Source: Parcubacteria group bacterium (GTDB lineage Bacteria; Patescibacteriota; Minisyncoccia; Phycocordibacterales; Zambryskibacteraceae). Taken from it: a stretch of DNA of 64,000 bases. Of this stretch, positions 8,970-17,997 are shown piece by piece. The position numbers were made by a program, and so were the translations under genes. The DNA lies in assembly GCA_028286565.1 (NCBI GenBank), contig JAQBRH010000002.1, positions 145,876 to 209,875 of the forward strand. Direction: 5' to 3'. The stretch's first letter is position 1; each line of letters opens with the position of its first letter. The notes under the pieces were generated by a model. It saw only the letters and a program-made list of their open reading frames with translations. It did not search any database and had not been told where the DNA came from.

Positions 8970-9275
8970 AATAAGTATTATAAATTACTTAGAGAACGCG
9001 CACAAACCCGAGCCTAGGACACATATGGAACGCCCGCCTTACACCGGACCGATGAGCGATCTGGGCGAGCTCGCCCATCGCAGATCGGATGATCCCCATC
9101 CCCTTCCCCCCAATCCGATCCCTCAGGACGCGCTCGAATCTTCCCACGGCGAGAATGTGGAGAAGGCTGCCGAAGGCCCTTCCGGTCTTGCGAGCGCTCT
9201 AGCTAAGCTTTTCCGCGTCGAGTAACCACTCGTCGCTTTTTTTATTTCCCGCCCGCCATCGCAAGACTGACTTGC

Positions 9276-11915
9276 TCAGGCGTTGCGGGCAGGCTTCTTA
9301 TCCTTTTTTAATATCTTTCGGAGATAGTAACCGGTGTGAGTATCGGTGTTCGCCACTTCTTCCGGAGTACCCTTGGCCACGAGCCGGCCTCCCCCATCCC
9401 CTCCTTCGGGACCGATGTCGAGGATGTAGTCGGAGGACTTGATGAGGTCGAGGTTGTGTTCGATGACGACGACCGTGCCGCCCTTGTCCACGAGCTTTTG
9501 CAATATTTCTATAAGCTTCTTCACATCCTCATAGTGAAGTCCGATCGTCGGCTCATCCAGGATGTAGATGGTCTTTTGGAGCTGAGGACGATAGAGCTCC
9601 GAAGAGATCTTTACGCGCTGGGCTTCTCCGCCCGAAAGGGTCGTCGCGCTCTGGCCGAGCTTCAAATATCCGAGTCCGACGTCGTCCATGGTCTTCAGAC
9701 GATCATAGATAGCCGGGATCTCTTCAAAGAAGGCGAGGGCTTCTTCGACCGTCATCTCGAGCACTTCAAAGATGTTCTTCTTTTTGTAATGAACCTGAAG
9801 CGTTTCTTTCATGAACCTTTTGCCTCGGCAGACGTCGCAGGGCACGTAGACGGTCGGGAGGAAATGCATCTCCACTTCGATCACCCCGTTGCCCTGGCAG
9901 GTCTCACAGCGGCCGCCCTTCACATTGAAAGAAAAACGATTGGCCTTCCATCCTCGGGCTCGAGCTTCGGAGGATTCGGCGAAAAGCTCTCGGATAAAGG
10001 TAAAGGCGCCCGTGTATGTGGCCGGGTTCGAACGAGGAGTGCGGCCGATGGCCGACTGATCGATAAGGATGGCGCGGCCGACGTATTCGGATCCGGTGAA
10101 TGATTGGGCGTTGAAGGTCTCGGCGCTTCTGTATCGCTTGTCGAGCCTCGCCTGCAAGTTCTTGTAGAGGATCTCGTATATGAAAGACGACTTGCCCGAA
10201 CCGGACACCCCGGTGACGGATACCATGCGCCCGAGCGGAATGTCTACGTTTAAATGCTTGATGTTAAATATTTTGCCTCCTCGGATCGATATTGTGCCCT
10301 TCTCGGATTCTCGACGAATCTCCGGGACTTCTACTCTCTCTTCTCCGCGGAGATAGGCAAGGGTCAGAGACTTCGAATCATTCTTCTTCGCCGTGAGGAG
10401 CGGTTCGAGATAATCCGCGACGACGACGTGTCCCCCATGAACTCCGGCGCCCGGTCCGATGTCCACGATGTAGTCGGCCGAATAAATAGTATCCTCGTCG
10501 TGTTCGACCACGAGGATGGTGTTCCCAAGGTCTCGGAGATCGAGGAGAGTTTTGATGAGGCGGTCATTGTCCCGCGCGTGGAGACCGATGGTCGGCTCGT
10601 CCAAGACATAGAGCGCTCCGACGAGGCCCGAGCCGAGCTGGGAGGCAAGCCTGATGCGCTGGGCTTCCCCGCCCGAGAGCGTGTGAGCCCGGCGATTGAG
10701 GGAGAGATAGTCGATCCCCACATTCAGCATGAACTCGAGGCGGGCGCAGATCTCTTTGGTCACCACTTTCGAAATGTTCTTCTCGCGAACGGTGAGCTTT
10801 ATCTTCTTGAAGAATTCATCCGATTCTTTGATGGACATCTCCGTCAGATCGACGATGTTCTTGCCTCCCAGCAGCACATGCAGAGCTTCCTCTCGAAGCC
10901 TCTTGCCTTTGCATTTTGGACAAGGCTGATTGCCAAAGAGGTATTTCGTACCCAAGCCGTTGCACTCCGGGCACGCTCCATACGGCGAGTTGAAAGAGAA
11001 CAGGCGGGGTTCGATCTCCGGAAAGGAGAAGCCGTCGTTCGGACAGGCCCACTTGGCGCTCATCAGGATCTCTTCAGGAAGTTTTTGCTCGCTCTTCGGT
11101 TTCTGTTCCTCCGCCATGTCGCGGAAGCGGATGACGAGGAGGCCGTCCGATTCTTGGATAGCTTTTTCTATGGACTCGGAGAGCCGCTCGTGCGCGGTCT
11201 TCTCATCCGTCTTGAATTCGTTCAGGCTGATCGAGTCGATCAGGGCGGAGATCGAATGGGCTTTGGTCTTCGTCAGTTCGATCCGGTCTCGAAGGCTCTT
11301 TCTCTGTCCGTCGACGAGTACTTCCGTATAGCCTTTGCCCAAGAGGTCATAGAGAAGCTGATAATATTCGCCTTTCCGGCCGCGGACGATCGGAGAAAAG
11401 ATCTCCACATAGGTCGGGAACTCCATCTTAGAAGTTTTAGGCTGGGCGGCGGTCTTCTCGTCCACGCGCTCGAGGATGAAATTCTTGATCTCTTCGTTCG
11501 AGAGCTTTTTGATCTCCGTACCGCAGATCGGGCAATGCGGATGGCCTATGCGGGCATAGAGGATGCGAAGGTAGTCGTAGATCTCCGTGATGGTAGCCAC
11601 GGTCGAACGAGGGTTGTTCGAACGCGAGGTCTGATCGATGGAGATGGCCGGAGAAAGCCCCACGATCTCATCCACATCCGGCTTCTGCATCTGCTTCAAA
11701 AATTGCCGTGCGTATGAGGACAGGGATTCGACATAGCGCCTCTGTCCTTCGGCAAAGATCGTATCGAACGCCAAAGAAGACTTGCCCGATCCGGAAAGCC
11801 CCGTGAAGACGATCATCTTGCCGCGCGGCATCTCCACCGTGATGTTTTTCAGGTTGTGAGTGCGGGCTCCGCGTACGATGATCTTATCGTGGTTGTGTTT
11901 TGGTTCTTTGGCCAT
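9276..11915 (-). CDS. uvrA: excinuclease ABC subunit A
   Basis: [25 protein letters not shown]...[14 protein letters not shown] plus duplicated ABC ATPase modules and zinc fingers. The 5' extension in the ORF track (to 12188) is rejected. Confidence 0.95.
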   Translation of the reverse strand: MAKEPKHNHDKIIVRGARTHNLKNITVEMPRGKMIVFTGLSGSGKSSLAFDTIFAEGQRRYVESLSSYARQFLKQMQKPDVDEIVGLSPAISIDQTSRSNNPRSTVATITEIYDYLRILYARIGHPHCPICGTEIKKLSNEEIKNFILERVDEKTAAQPKTSKMEFPTYVEIFSPIVRGRKGEYYQLLYDLLGKGYTEVLVDGQRKSLRDRIELTKTKAHSISALIDSISLNEFKTDEKTAHERLSESIEKAIQESDGLLVIRFRDMAEEQKPKSEQKLPEEILMSAKWACPNDGFSFPEIEPRLFSFNSPYGACPECNGLGTKYLFGNQPCPKCKGKRLREEALHVLLGGKNIVDLTEMSIKESDEFFKKIKLTVREKNISKVVTKEICARLEFMLNVGIDYLSLNRRAHTLSGGEAQRIRLASQLGSGLVGALYVLDEPTIGLHARDNDRLIKTLLDLRDLGNTILVVEHDEDTIYSADYIVDIGPGAGVHGGHVVVADYLEPLLTAKKNDSKSLTLAYLRGEERVEVPEIRRESEKGTISIRGGKIFNIKHLNVDIPLGRMVSVTGVSGSGKSSFIYEILYKNLQARLDKRYRSAETFNAQSFTGSEYVGRAILIDQSAIGRTPRSNPATYTGAFTFIRELFAESSEARARGWKANRFSFNVKGGRCETCQGNGVIEVEMHFLPTVYVPCDVCRGKRFMKETLQVHYKKKNIFEVLEMTVEEALAFFEEIPAIYDRLKTMDDVGLGYLKLGQSATTLSGGEAQRVKISSELYRPQLQKTIYILDEPTIGLHYEDVKKLIEILQKLVDKGGTVVVIEHNLDLIKSSDYILDIGPEGGDGGGRLVAKGTPEEVANTDTHTGYYLRKILKKDKKPARNA

Positions 11916-12477
11916 ACAAATATGACCCCGGGCTTGGCCCTGGGGGTTACCTATACGCGAAGTATACCATAATTCCCCCTTGACCGATAGAGATATGAGG
12001 CTATGCTGAGTAGAGACCGCCCACCAAGGAATCGTATGAATGATCCACGGAGCCGGATGTACTCGCAACTCAGTGCAGAGTCCCGCTCTCGCCGCATTCA
12101 CACGTTCGTCGCGCTCGCGAGATCGGGCCAACAAAATCCTTCTCGCGCCCAGATCGAGACCCCCGAACCGGCCGAAGCCGATCCCCACGAACTTGCCTCC
12201 GACTGAATTTCAGCCGGAGGATTTTATTTAGACATTTGAACTCATCAGTAAAAAATGTATGATGATTTTAGACCTGCCGAATCCTCGGCAGAGTACAACC
12301 CTCCACAGAGGCATCCTATATGATTCGCTGCTCTAGGAATTTGCTTCGCGCGCGACCTCCATGCCGCACCAACGCTCGACAACGTAGGGCATGGTATCGA
12401 GGCCACCGCGGACAGAATCGCTAGAGGGAGGTGATTACATTCCTGCGAGCCTTACCCGCTCGCACCTGATCACAAAA

Positions 12478-12515
12478 GCTCTGGCCGCCTCGCCAGAGCT
12501 TTCTCTTATCTATTT
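12478..12515 (-). terminator. hairpin terminator downstream of uvrB
   Basis: gctctggc-gaggcg-gccagagc followed by ttttgtgat on the minus strand; a T-run is also present on the + side. Confidence 0.5.
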
Positions 12516-14546
12516 CTTCTTGCCTTTCTGCGCCTTTTCTAATTTCTTTTCGAGCGCATAGACCTCGTCGCGGATGATCGCCGCGGTCTCAAAGTCGAGG
12601 TCGCGGACGGCGTTCTCCATCTCTTCTTTCTTATTCTTCAAAAATAGTTTCGGATTCTGTTCAAAGAGAGCCTCGTCGGTCTCGAGGAGCATGTCCACCG
12701 CATGGTGGTGTTCGCGCTCAAGCGTGTCTGTGATGTCTTTGATCTTTTTCTTGATGGTGGTCGGCGTGATCCCGTGTTTTGTGTTGTAGGCCATCTGGAT
12801 CTCGCGCCTTCTCTTCGTCTCGTTCATGGCCCGCTCCATGGATCCCGTGATCGTATCCGCATAGAGGATCACTCGGCCTTCGACATTTCTCGCAGCGCGC
12901 CCGATGATCTGAATGAGGGACGTCTCGGAGCGAAGAAAGCCTTCTTTGTCCGCATCCAAGATGCCGATGAATGTCACTTCGGGGAGATCGAGCCCTTCTC
13001 GAAGGAGGTTCACTCCGACGAGCACGTCGAATTCCCCTTTTCTGAATTCGGTCAGGATCTCTATGCGCTCGATGGTCTTGATCTCCGAATGGAGATACTT
13101 GGCCTTCATCTTTTTTTCCTTGAGATATTCGGAGAGGTCCTCGGCCATTTTCTTCGTGAGCGTCGTGGCGATCACTCGGCCCCCTTTCTTCACAGCCTTC
13201 TCCGCTTCGCTTATAAAATCAGAGACCTGGCCCGCATACGCGGCTTTGCTTTGGATCGGCCGGACGTCGACGACGGGATCGATGAGTCCCGTAGGGCGGA
13301 TGACCTGCTCCACGATCTTCTTGCTGTGCTCCTTTTCAAAAGGGCCCGGGGTGGCCGTGGTAAAGATGACCTGCCCGACCCTCTCCTCGAATTCCTTGAA
13401 CTTGAGCGGACGGTTGTCGAGCGCCGAGGGAAGCCTGAATCCGTGTTCGATCAAGGTATCCTTTCTCGACTTATCTCCGGCGTACATGCCTCCGATCTGG
13501 GAGATGGTCACGTGTGATTCGTCGATGACCGTCAGGAAGTCCGGAGATCCGTCGGCTTTGTGCGGGAAATATGAAAGTAGGGTGTCCGGCGCCTCCCCGG
13601 CCTTGCGGCCCGTAAAGTGCCGTGAATAGTTCTCTATGCCGCTGCAGTAGCCGACCTCTTTGATCATGGCGAGGTCGTAGGTGGTGCGGCGCTTTAGCCT
13701 GTCCGCTTCGAGGATCTTGCCTTCTGTTTTGAATACCTCGAGCTGATCGGCGAGCTCGCTCTTGATGCTCTCGAAGGCGCGCTTGGCCTCGTCTTCTCCG
13801 GTGACGAAGTGCTTGGCCGGGAAAAGAAAGAAAGAATCCGGTTCACTGATGATCGCTCGAGATACTGCGTCGATCCGTTTGATCGAAGCGATCTTGCCTT
13901 CCTCGATCTCGATCCTATAGATCATGCGTTCGCCAGTGGGCATGATCTCAATAGCGTTCCCGATAGCGCGGAAGGTGCCCGGCTTCACATCCGCATTCGT
14001 CCTGGCAAAATGAATATGGATCAATTCTCGTATAAAATCCGAACGCGAGATGGCATCTCCTTTCAGGATCTTCATGTTCACCTTCTCGTATTCCGCCGGA
14101 GATCCGAGGCCATAGATGCAGGACACGGAAGCGACGATGATCACGTCCTTCCTGGTCAGCAAGGCCTGCGTCGAAGCGTGTCTGAGGCGGTCGATCTCTT
14201 CGTTGATCATGGCCTCTTTCTCTATATATGTATCCGTTACCGGCATGTAGGCCTCCGGCTGATAGAAGTCGTAGTAGGAGACGAAGTAGTGCACCGCGTG
14301 GTCAGGGAAGAATTCTCTGTACTCCTGAGCGAGCTGAGCGGCCAGGGTTTTGTTGTGGGCGATGACCAAGGTGGGCTTGCCGATCTGCTCGATCACATTG
14401 GCTGCAGTAAAGGTCTTTCCGGATCCGGTCACTCCAAGGAGCGTTTGATACCTCAGCCCCTTCTTTACTCCATCAACAAGCTCCTTGATCGCCTTTGGCT
14501 GATCCCCTGCGGGCGCAAAATCATTTTTTATCGTAAAAACTGGCAT
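12510..14546 (-). CDS. uvrB: excinuclease ABC subunit B
   Basis: GVTGSGKTFTAANVIEQ is the Walker A motif. Helicase motifs, a beta-hairpin region and a C-terminal UVR domain are present. Confidence 0.95.
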   Translation of the reverse strand: MPVFTIKNDFAPAGDQPKAIKELVDGVKKGLRYQTLLGVTGSGKTFTAANVIEQIGKPTLVIAHNKTLAAQLAQEYREFFPDHAVHYFVSYYDFYQPEAYMPVTDTYIEKEAMINEEIDRLRHASTQALLTRKDVIIVASVSCIYGLGSPAEYEKVNMKILKGDAISRSDFIRELIHIHFARTNADVKPGTFRAIGNAIEIMPTGERMIYRIEIEEGKIASIKRIDAVSRAIISEPDSFFLFPAKHFVTGEDEAKRAFESIKSELADQLEVFKTEGKILEADRLKRRTTYDLAMIKEVGYCSGIENYSRHFTGRKAGEAPDTLLSYFPHKADGSPDFLTVIDESHVTISQIGGMYAGDKSRKDTLIEHGFRLPSALDNRPLKFKEFEERVGQVIFTTATPGPFEKEHSKKIVEQVIRPTGLIDPVVDVRPIQSKAAYAGQVSDFISEAEKAVKKGGRVIATTLTKKMAEDLSEYLKEKKMKAKYLHSEIKTIERIEILTEFRKGEFDVLVGVNLLREGLDLPEVTFIGILDADKEGFLRSETSLIQIIGRAARNVEGRVILYADTITGSMERAMNETKRRREIQMAYNTKHGITPTTIKKKIKDITDTLEREHHHAVDMLLETDEALFEQNPKLFLKNKKEEMENAVRDLDFETAAIIRDEVYALEKKLEKAQKGKKK

Positions 14547-14560
14547 AGATACTGATTATA

Positions 14561-15784
14561 TTACTGACGATAGCCATTAAGGAAGCTTTCTTTAAATTCC
14601 TTAAAATTGCCGTCGAGGATCGATTGCCTCATTCGCTTCACGAGATTAATGATGAAGTAGAGGTTATGGATCGAACCGAGGGTGGAGGCGAGCATCTCAT
14701 GCGAGCGATAGAGGTGAGAGAGATAGCCGAGAGAATAATTCCTGCAGGTCGAGCAGCCGCAAGCCGGGTCGATCGGACCGGCGGCTTCGATGAATTGAGT
14801 GTTGCCTATATTTATCTTTCCGTTCTCTGTGTACAACGTTCCTCCGCGAGCCCTGCGTGTCGGGGCCACGCAGTCAAAGAGATCAACGCCGTTCTCGACT
14901 CCCATGAACAGATCCTCCGGTTCGCCGATCCCGAGGAGATGCCTCGGCTTATCAGGAGGCAAAACATCGTTCACCCACTTCACCGCCGTTTCCATATCTT
15001 CCTTGGCGAATGATCCTCCGATGCCGAAGCCGTCGAAGCCTTCTCCTTTGGAGGTTCTCATTTCTGAGATCAGTTTTGCGGAATCCTTCCTCAGATTCTC
15101 TTCCCTGCCTCCTTGGACTATGCCGAACAAAGCTTGAAATTCAGAATTTGGTTTTGATCTATGGTATTCCAAGCTCTTCTTGGCCCAGCGATGCGTCCGA
15201 TCAAGGGCTTCTTCCTGATACTGCACAGTCTCAGTCGGCGAGGTGCATTCGTCGAAGGCGAAGATGATGTCCGCCCCGAGGTTGTGCTGGATATCGATCG
15301 ATTTCTCCGGAGTGATGTAGTGGAGCGACCCGTCGATGTGCGAACGGAAAGAAACGCCGTCCGATCCGATCGTCGCAAGCCTTGGTACGCCGTCTTCGTT
15401 CGAACGTTCCTGCAAAAGCTGGGACGGATCGGTGATAGAAACGACCTTGTTCAAGGCCTTGCCGTATGCAGCCCCAAGCGAGAAGACTTGGAACCCTCCA
15501 GAGTCCGTCATGATCGGACCGTTCCAGTTCATGAATTTGTGGAGACCGCCGAACCTTTTTATCCGTTCGTCCCCGGGCTGTAGATACAAGTGATACGTGT
15601 TCGCCAGGACGACGTCTGCCCCGGCGTTCACTACATCCTGAGGAGAAAGAGCTTTGACCGTCGCCTTGGTGCCGACGGTGACGAAAGCGGGCGTTGGGAT
15701 GGTGCCGTGTGGCGTCTCAAGCGTTCCCGCCCGCCCGAGCTCACCCGGTATTTCTTTAAGAATGGAGAATGTTATAGGAGCCAT
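14561..15784 (-). CDS. tgt: queuine tRNA-ribosyltransferase
   Basis: TPAFVTVGTKATVK...LANTYHLYL plus the C-terminal zinc motif CGCSTCRNYSLGYLSHL. A 15-nt gap separates it from uvrB. Confidence 0.95.
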   Translation of the reverse strand: MAPITFSILKEIPGELGRAGTLETPHGTIPTPAFVTVGTKATVKALSPQDVVNAGADVVLANTYHLYLQPGDERIKRFGGLHKFMNWNGPIMTDSGGFQVFSLGAAYGKALNKVVSITDPSQLLQERSNEDGVPRLATIGSDGVSFRSHIDGSLHYITPEKSIDIQHNLGADIIFAFDECTSPTETVQYQEEALDRTHRWAKKSLEYHRSKPNSEFQALFGIVQGGREENLRKDSAKLISEMRTSKGEGFDGFGIGGSFAKEDMETAVKWVNDVLPPDKPRHLLGIGEPEDLFMGVENGVDLFDCVAPTRRARGGTLYTENGKINIGNTQFIEAAGPIDPACGCSTCRNYSLGYLSHLYRSHEMLASTLGSIHNLYFIINLVKRMRQSILDGNFKEFKESFLNGYRQ

Positions 15785-15870
15785 GAGGGTAGAGTACCAA
15801 AGCTCGACAGTTTATGCGAGATGACACGTCACTATATACAGGCCTGTACTTCCCTCCTCAGCGAGCGCCT

Positions 15871-16059
15871 ATGATGAGCCTAAAGACGGCGCAGGGCACT
15901 CCCATCCTTACCCCGGAGTGCGACCGGACCAAAGAATTGCGATACTACCGACGCCGGTACGAGCAAACCTTGGGCAGTCACCACCTCGACCCCCGATTCA
16001 CCGATGAACTCGACAAGCTCTCGGCAAAGATCAATGAGCTCGAGAGTGTGGTAAGGTAG
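15871..16059 (+). CDS. possible small protein (62 aa)
   Basis: ORF followed by a hairpin and a T-run (16062-16092). No clear RBS. Confidence 0.25.
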   Translation: MMSLKTAQGTPILTPECDRTKELRYYRRRYEQTLGSHHLDPRFTDELDKLSAKINELESVVR

Positions 16060-16150
16060 CTCCGGACACTCAGGTGCCCGGTTTTTAATGTCATAAAGCC
16101 GAGCTTCCTACGTTTACTCATGCAGAGCACCTTCCCCCTAGAGAGGACAT

Positions 16151-16651
16151 ATGACTATCCCTCCCCCAAGGTTCAACGTCCCTGCCGAATTGCCCGAAGG
16201 CCAAAAGGCCCTTCGGAACATGTACAGCGCCCTCTTGCTTGAACATCAGAACGGCGGCAAGCACGGCAACGTCCTTGATCAGGTACTTCATAAATGGGAC
16301 CACGTTTCAGTCGCGAAGATCGCGGCGGCAGCGTCGCTCCAGGATCTCATCGCCGCCTGCTACTATGCTGAGCCGACATGCGAAGAGATCACCCGCGGAG
16401 TGGATCGCATTCTGGTCTCCGATATTGGGCCAAAGGATGCGGGGTGGCTCATTGCTATCGCAAGCATCCTGACGAGCCATCATGATGCGGTTCGAGAGAA
16501 GCTCATTGATCGAGCGACAACTCTCCTCATCTCCGACAAGGAAGCCCTGGGAACGCTCCTCACTTCAATGGTCATGATCATCCGGAAGGTGGAGAAGCAC
16601 CGCGGCGGCGTGATCCCGGCCGAGCTTGCTCTGCACCTTGTGTCCCGTTAA
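16151..16651 (+). CDS. hypothetical protein
   Basis: A 166-aa ORF. A strong terminator (ccaccgga-tattga-tccggtg + TTTTATTT) lies at 16667-16700. Confidence 0.5.
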   Translation: MTIPPPRFNVPAELPEGQKALRNMYSALLLEHQNGGKHGNVLDQVLHKWDHVSVAKIAAAASLQDLIAACYYAEPTCEEITRGVDRILVSDIGPKDAGWLIAIASILTSHHDAVREKLIDRATTLLISDKEALGTLLTSMVMIIRKVEKHRGGVIPAELALHLVSR

Positions 16652-16700
16652 GCGAGCCTGACCCATAAAGACCCCACCGGATATTGATCCGGTGTTTTAT

Positions 16701-16728
16701 TTGACAAAAAGTTATAAAAATGTACAAT
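16701..16728 (+). promoter_or_regulatory. sigma70-type promoter (TTGACA-N16-TACAAT)
   Basis: Perfect -35 box and near-consensus -10 box, about 30 nt before the AAGGAG RBS and ATG at 16760. Confidence 0.6.
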
Positions 16729-16759
16729 TAGTTCAGATCACCCGTTGCAAGGAGCGGCC

Positions 16760-16933
16760 ATGAGCATCCTAAAGAGACTTCTCACCCTTGTTCGCCGGTT
16801 CTCAAGAAACGAGGAGGTCCCGGCTCCCCCACCCAACAAGCGCCCGAAACCCGACCTCCCCGATGTTCCCATCTCGCTCAGCGAGAAGGTGAACGACGAA
16901 ATATTTTGGGACGAGGCGGGACTCGGCCGATGA
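16760..16933 (+). CDS. small hypothetical protein (57 aa), a self-contained transcription unit
   Basis: RBS aaggag then ATG, giving MSILKRLLTLVRRFSRNEEVPAPPPNKRPKPDLPDVPISLSEKVNDEIFWDEAGLGR. Terminator hairpin ccgatgat-cctct-atcatcgg + ctttttattt at 16927-16958. Confidence 0.5.
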   Translation: MSILKRLLTLVRRFSRNEEVPAPPPNKRPKPDLPDVPISLSEKVNDEIFWDEAGLGR

Positions 16934-16955
16934 TCCTCTATCATCGGCTTTTTAT

Positions 16956-17969
16956 TTATCTTTTGGCGATAATGCTTTTTTTATACAGATCCAAGTGCTC
17001 AAGGGCGACGCCCGTGCCTTTGGCCACGCAGTAGAGCGCATCCTTGGCGAGGACGGCCTTCACGCCGGTGCGCCTGAATACGAGTTCGGGGAGATGACGG
17101 AGCTGGGACGACCCGCCGGTCATGATAATGCCTCGGTCGATGATATCGGATGAAAGTTCGGGCGGAGTTTCTTGGAGGACATCCTTGATGGCCTTGACCA
17201 TTTCTCGGAGTTCTTTTTGGATGGCTTTCGTTATCTCATTCGATTTGATCTCCACTGTCCGAGGGAGGCCGAGGATGGAGTCGCGCCCCTTTACGCTCAT
17301 CACAAGTTCTTCGTCGAGCGGAACAGCCGAACCGATCTTTATTTTAATGTCCTCCGCCGTCTTTTCACCCACAGCGAGGTTGTAGGTCTTCTTTATATAG
17401 TCGGCGATGGCCGCATCGATCTTGTTCCCGGCCACCTTGACCGAGATGGACGAGACGATCCCTCCGAGAGAAATGACCGCCACGTCCGTCGTCCCACCGC
17501 CTATGTCTACGATCATGTTCCCGGCCGCTTCTTGGATCGGGATGCCGGCTCCGATGGCGGCGAGGATGGGCTCTTTCACCACATAGGCGTTCTTGGCTCC
17601 GGCTTTCACCGCGGCTTCCACCACGGCTCTGCGCTCGGTCGAGGTCACGCCCGCAGGTACGGAGATGAGCACGTCCGGCTTCCAAATGTTCCACTTGCCG
17701 AGGGCTTTGTTGATGTAGTAGCGAAGCATGGCTTCGGTCACGCGATAGTCCGCGATGACACCGTCCTTCATCGGCCGATAGGCGATGATGTTCTCCGGCG
17801 TGCGGCCGATCATGGTCTTGGCTTCGGCGCCGATGGCCAAGATCTTGTTGTCATCCTCAGAAACCGCGACAACCGACGGCTCATTCAAAACAATACCGAT
17901 GCCGGGAACGAAAACGAGGATATTCGTCGTCCCAAGGTCGATGCCGAGCTTCTTAGATCCGAGTGCCAT
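16956..17969 (-). CDS. mreB: rod shape-determining protein MreB
   Basis: LGIDLGTTNILVFV plus actin-like ATPase motifs. No mreCD downstream. Confidence 0.95.
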   Translation of the reverse strand: MALGSKKLGIDLGTTNILVFVPGIGIVLNEPSVVAVSEDDNKILAIGAEAKTMIGRTPENIIAYRPMKDGVIADYRVTEAMLRYYINKALGKWNIWKPDVLISVPAGVTSTERRAVVEAAVKAGAKNAYVVKEPILAAIGAGIPIQEAAGNMIVDIGGGTTDVAVISLGGIVSSISVKVAGNKIDAAIADYIKKTYNLAVGEKTAEDIKIKIGSAVPLDEELVMSVKGRDSILGLPRTVEIKSNEITKAIQKELREMVKAIKDVLQETPPELSSDIIDRGIIMTGGSSQLRHLPELVFRRTGVKAVLAKDALYCVAKGTGVALEHLDLYKKSIIAKR

Positions 17970-17997
17970 GCGCCCATAATACCGCTATAATAGGCCC

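Noticed and set aside
9025-9225. 66-aa ORF between uvrC and uvrA
   Set aside because: No RBS and a Pro-rich low-complexity translation. It lies in the uvrC-uvrA intergenic or promoter region and is likely non-coding.
10254-11717. 487-aa + strand ORF, with other long ORFs at 9336-10103, 12702-13517, 12913-13629, 13809-14555, 35981-36727, 47699-48730, 49495-50298, 51776-52714, 52763-53449, 56669-58093, 61947-63275, 29365-30294, 39370-40185 and 17172-17990
   Set aside because: All lie antisense to strongly supported housekeeping genes (uvrA, uvrB, the helicase, rpoB, trmD, rnr, rnc/nusB, dnaE, typA, rpoD, mreB). Their low-complexity Arg/Asp/Gly-rich translations are typical of spurious open frames on the opposite strand of GC-rich coding DNA.
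11916-12188. 91-codon N-terminal extension of uvrA in the ORF track
   Set aside because: The conserved UvrA N-terminus begins at [22 protein letters not shown]. The upstream extension is non-conserved and would overlap the promoter region.
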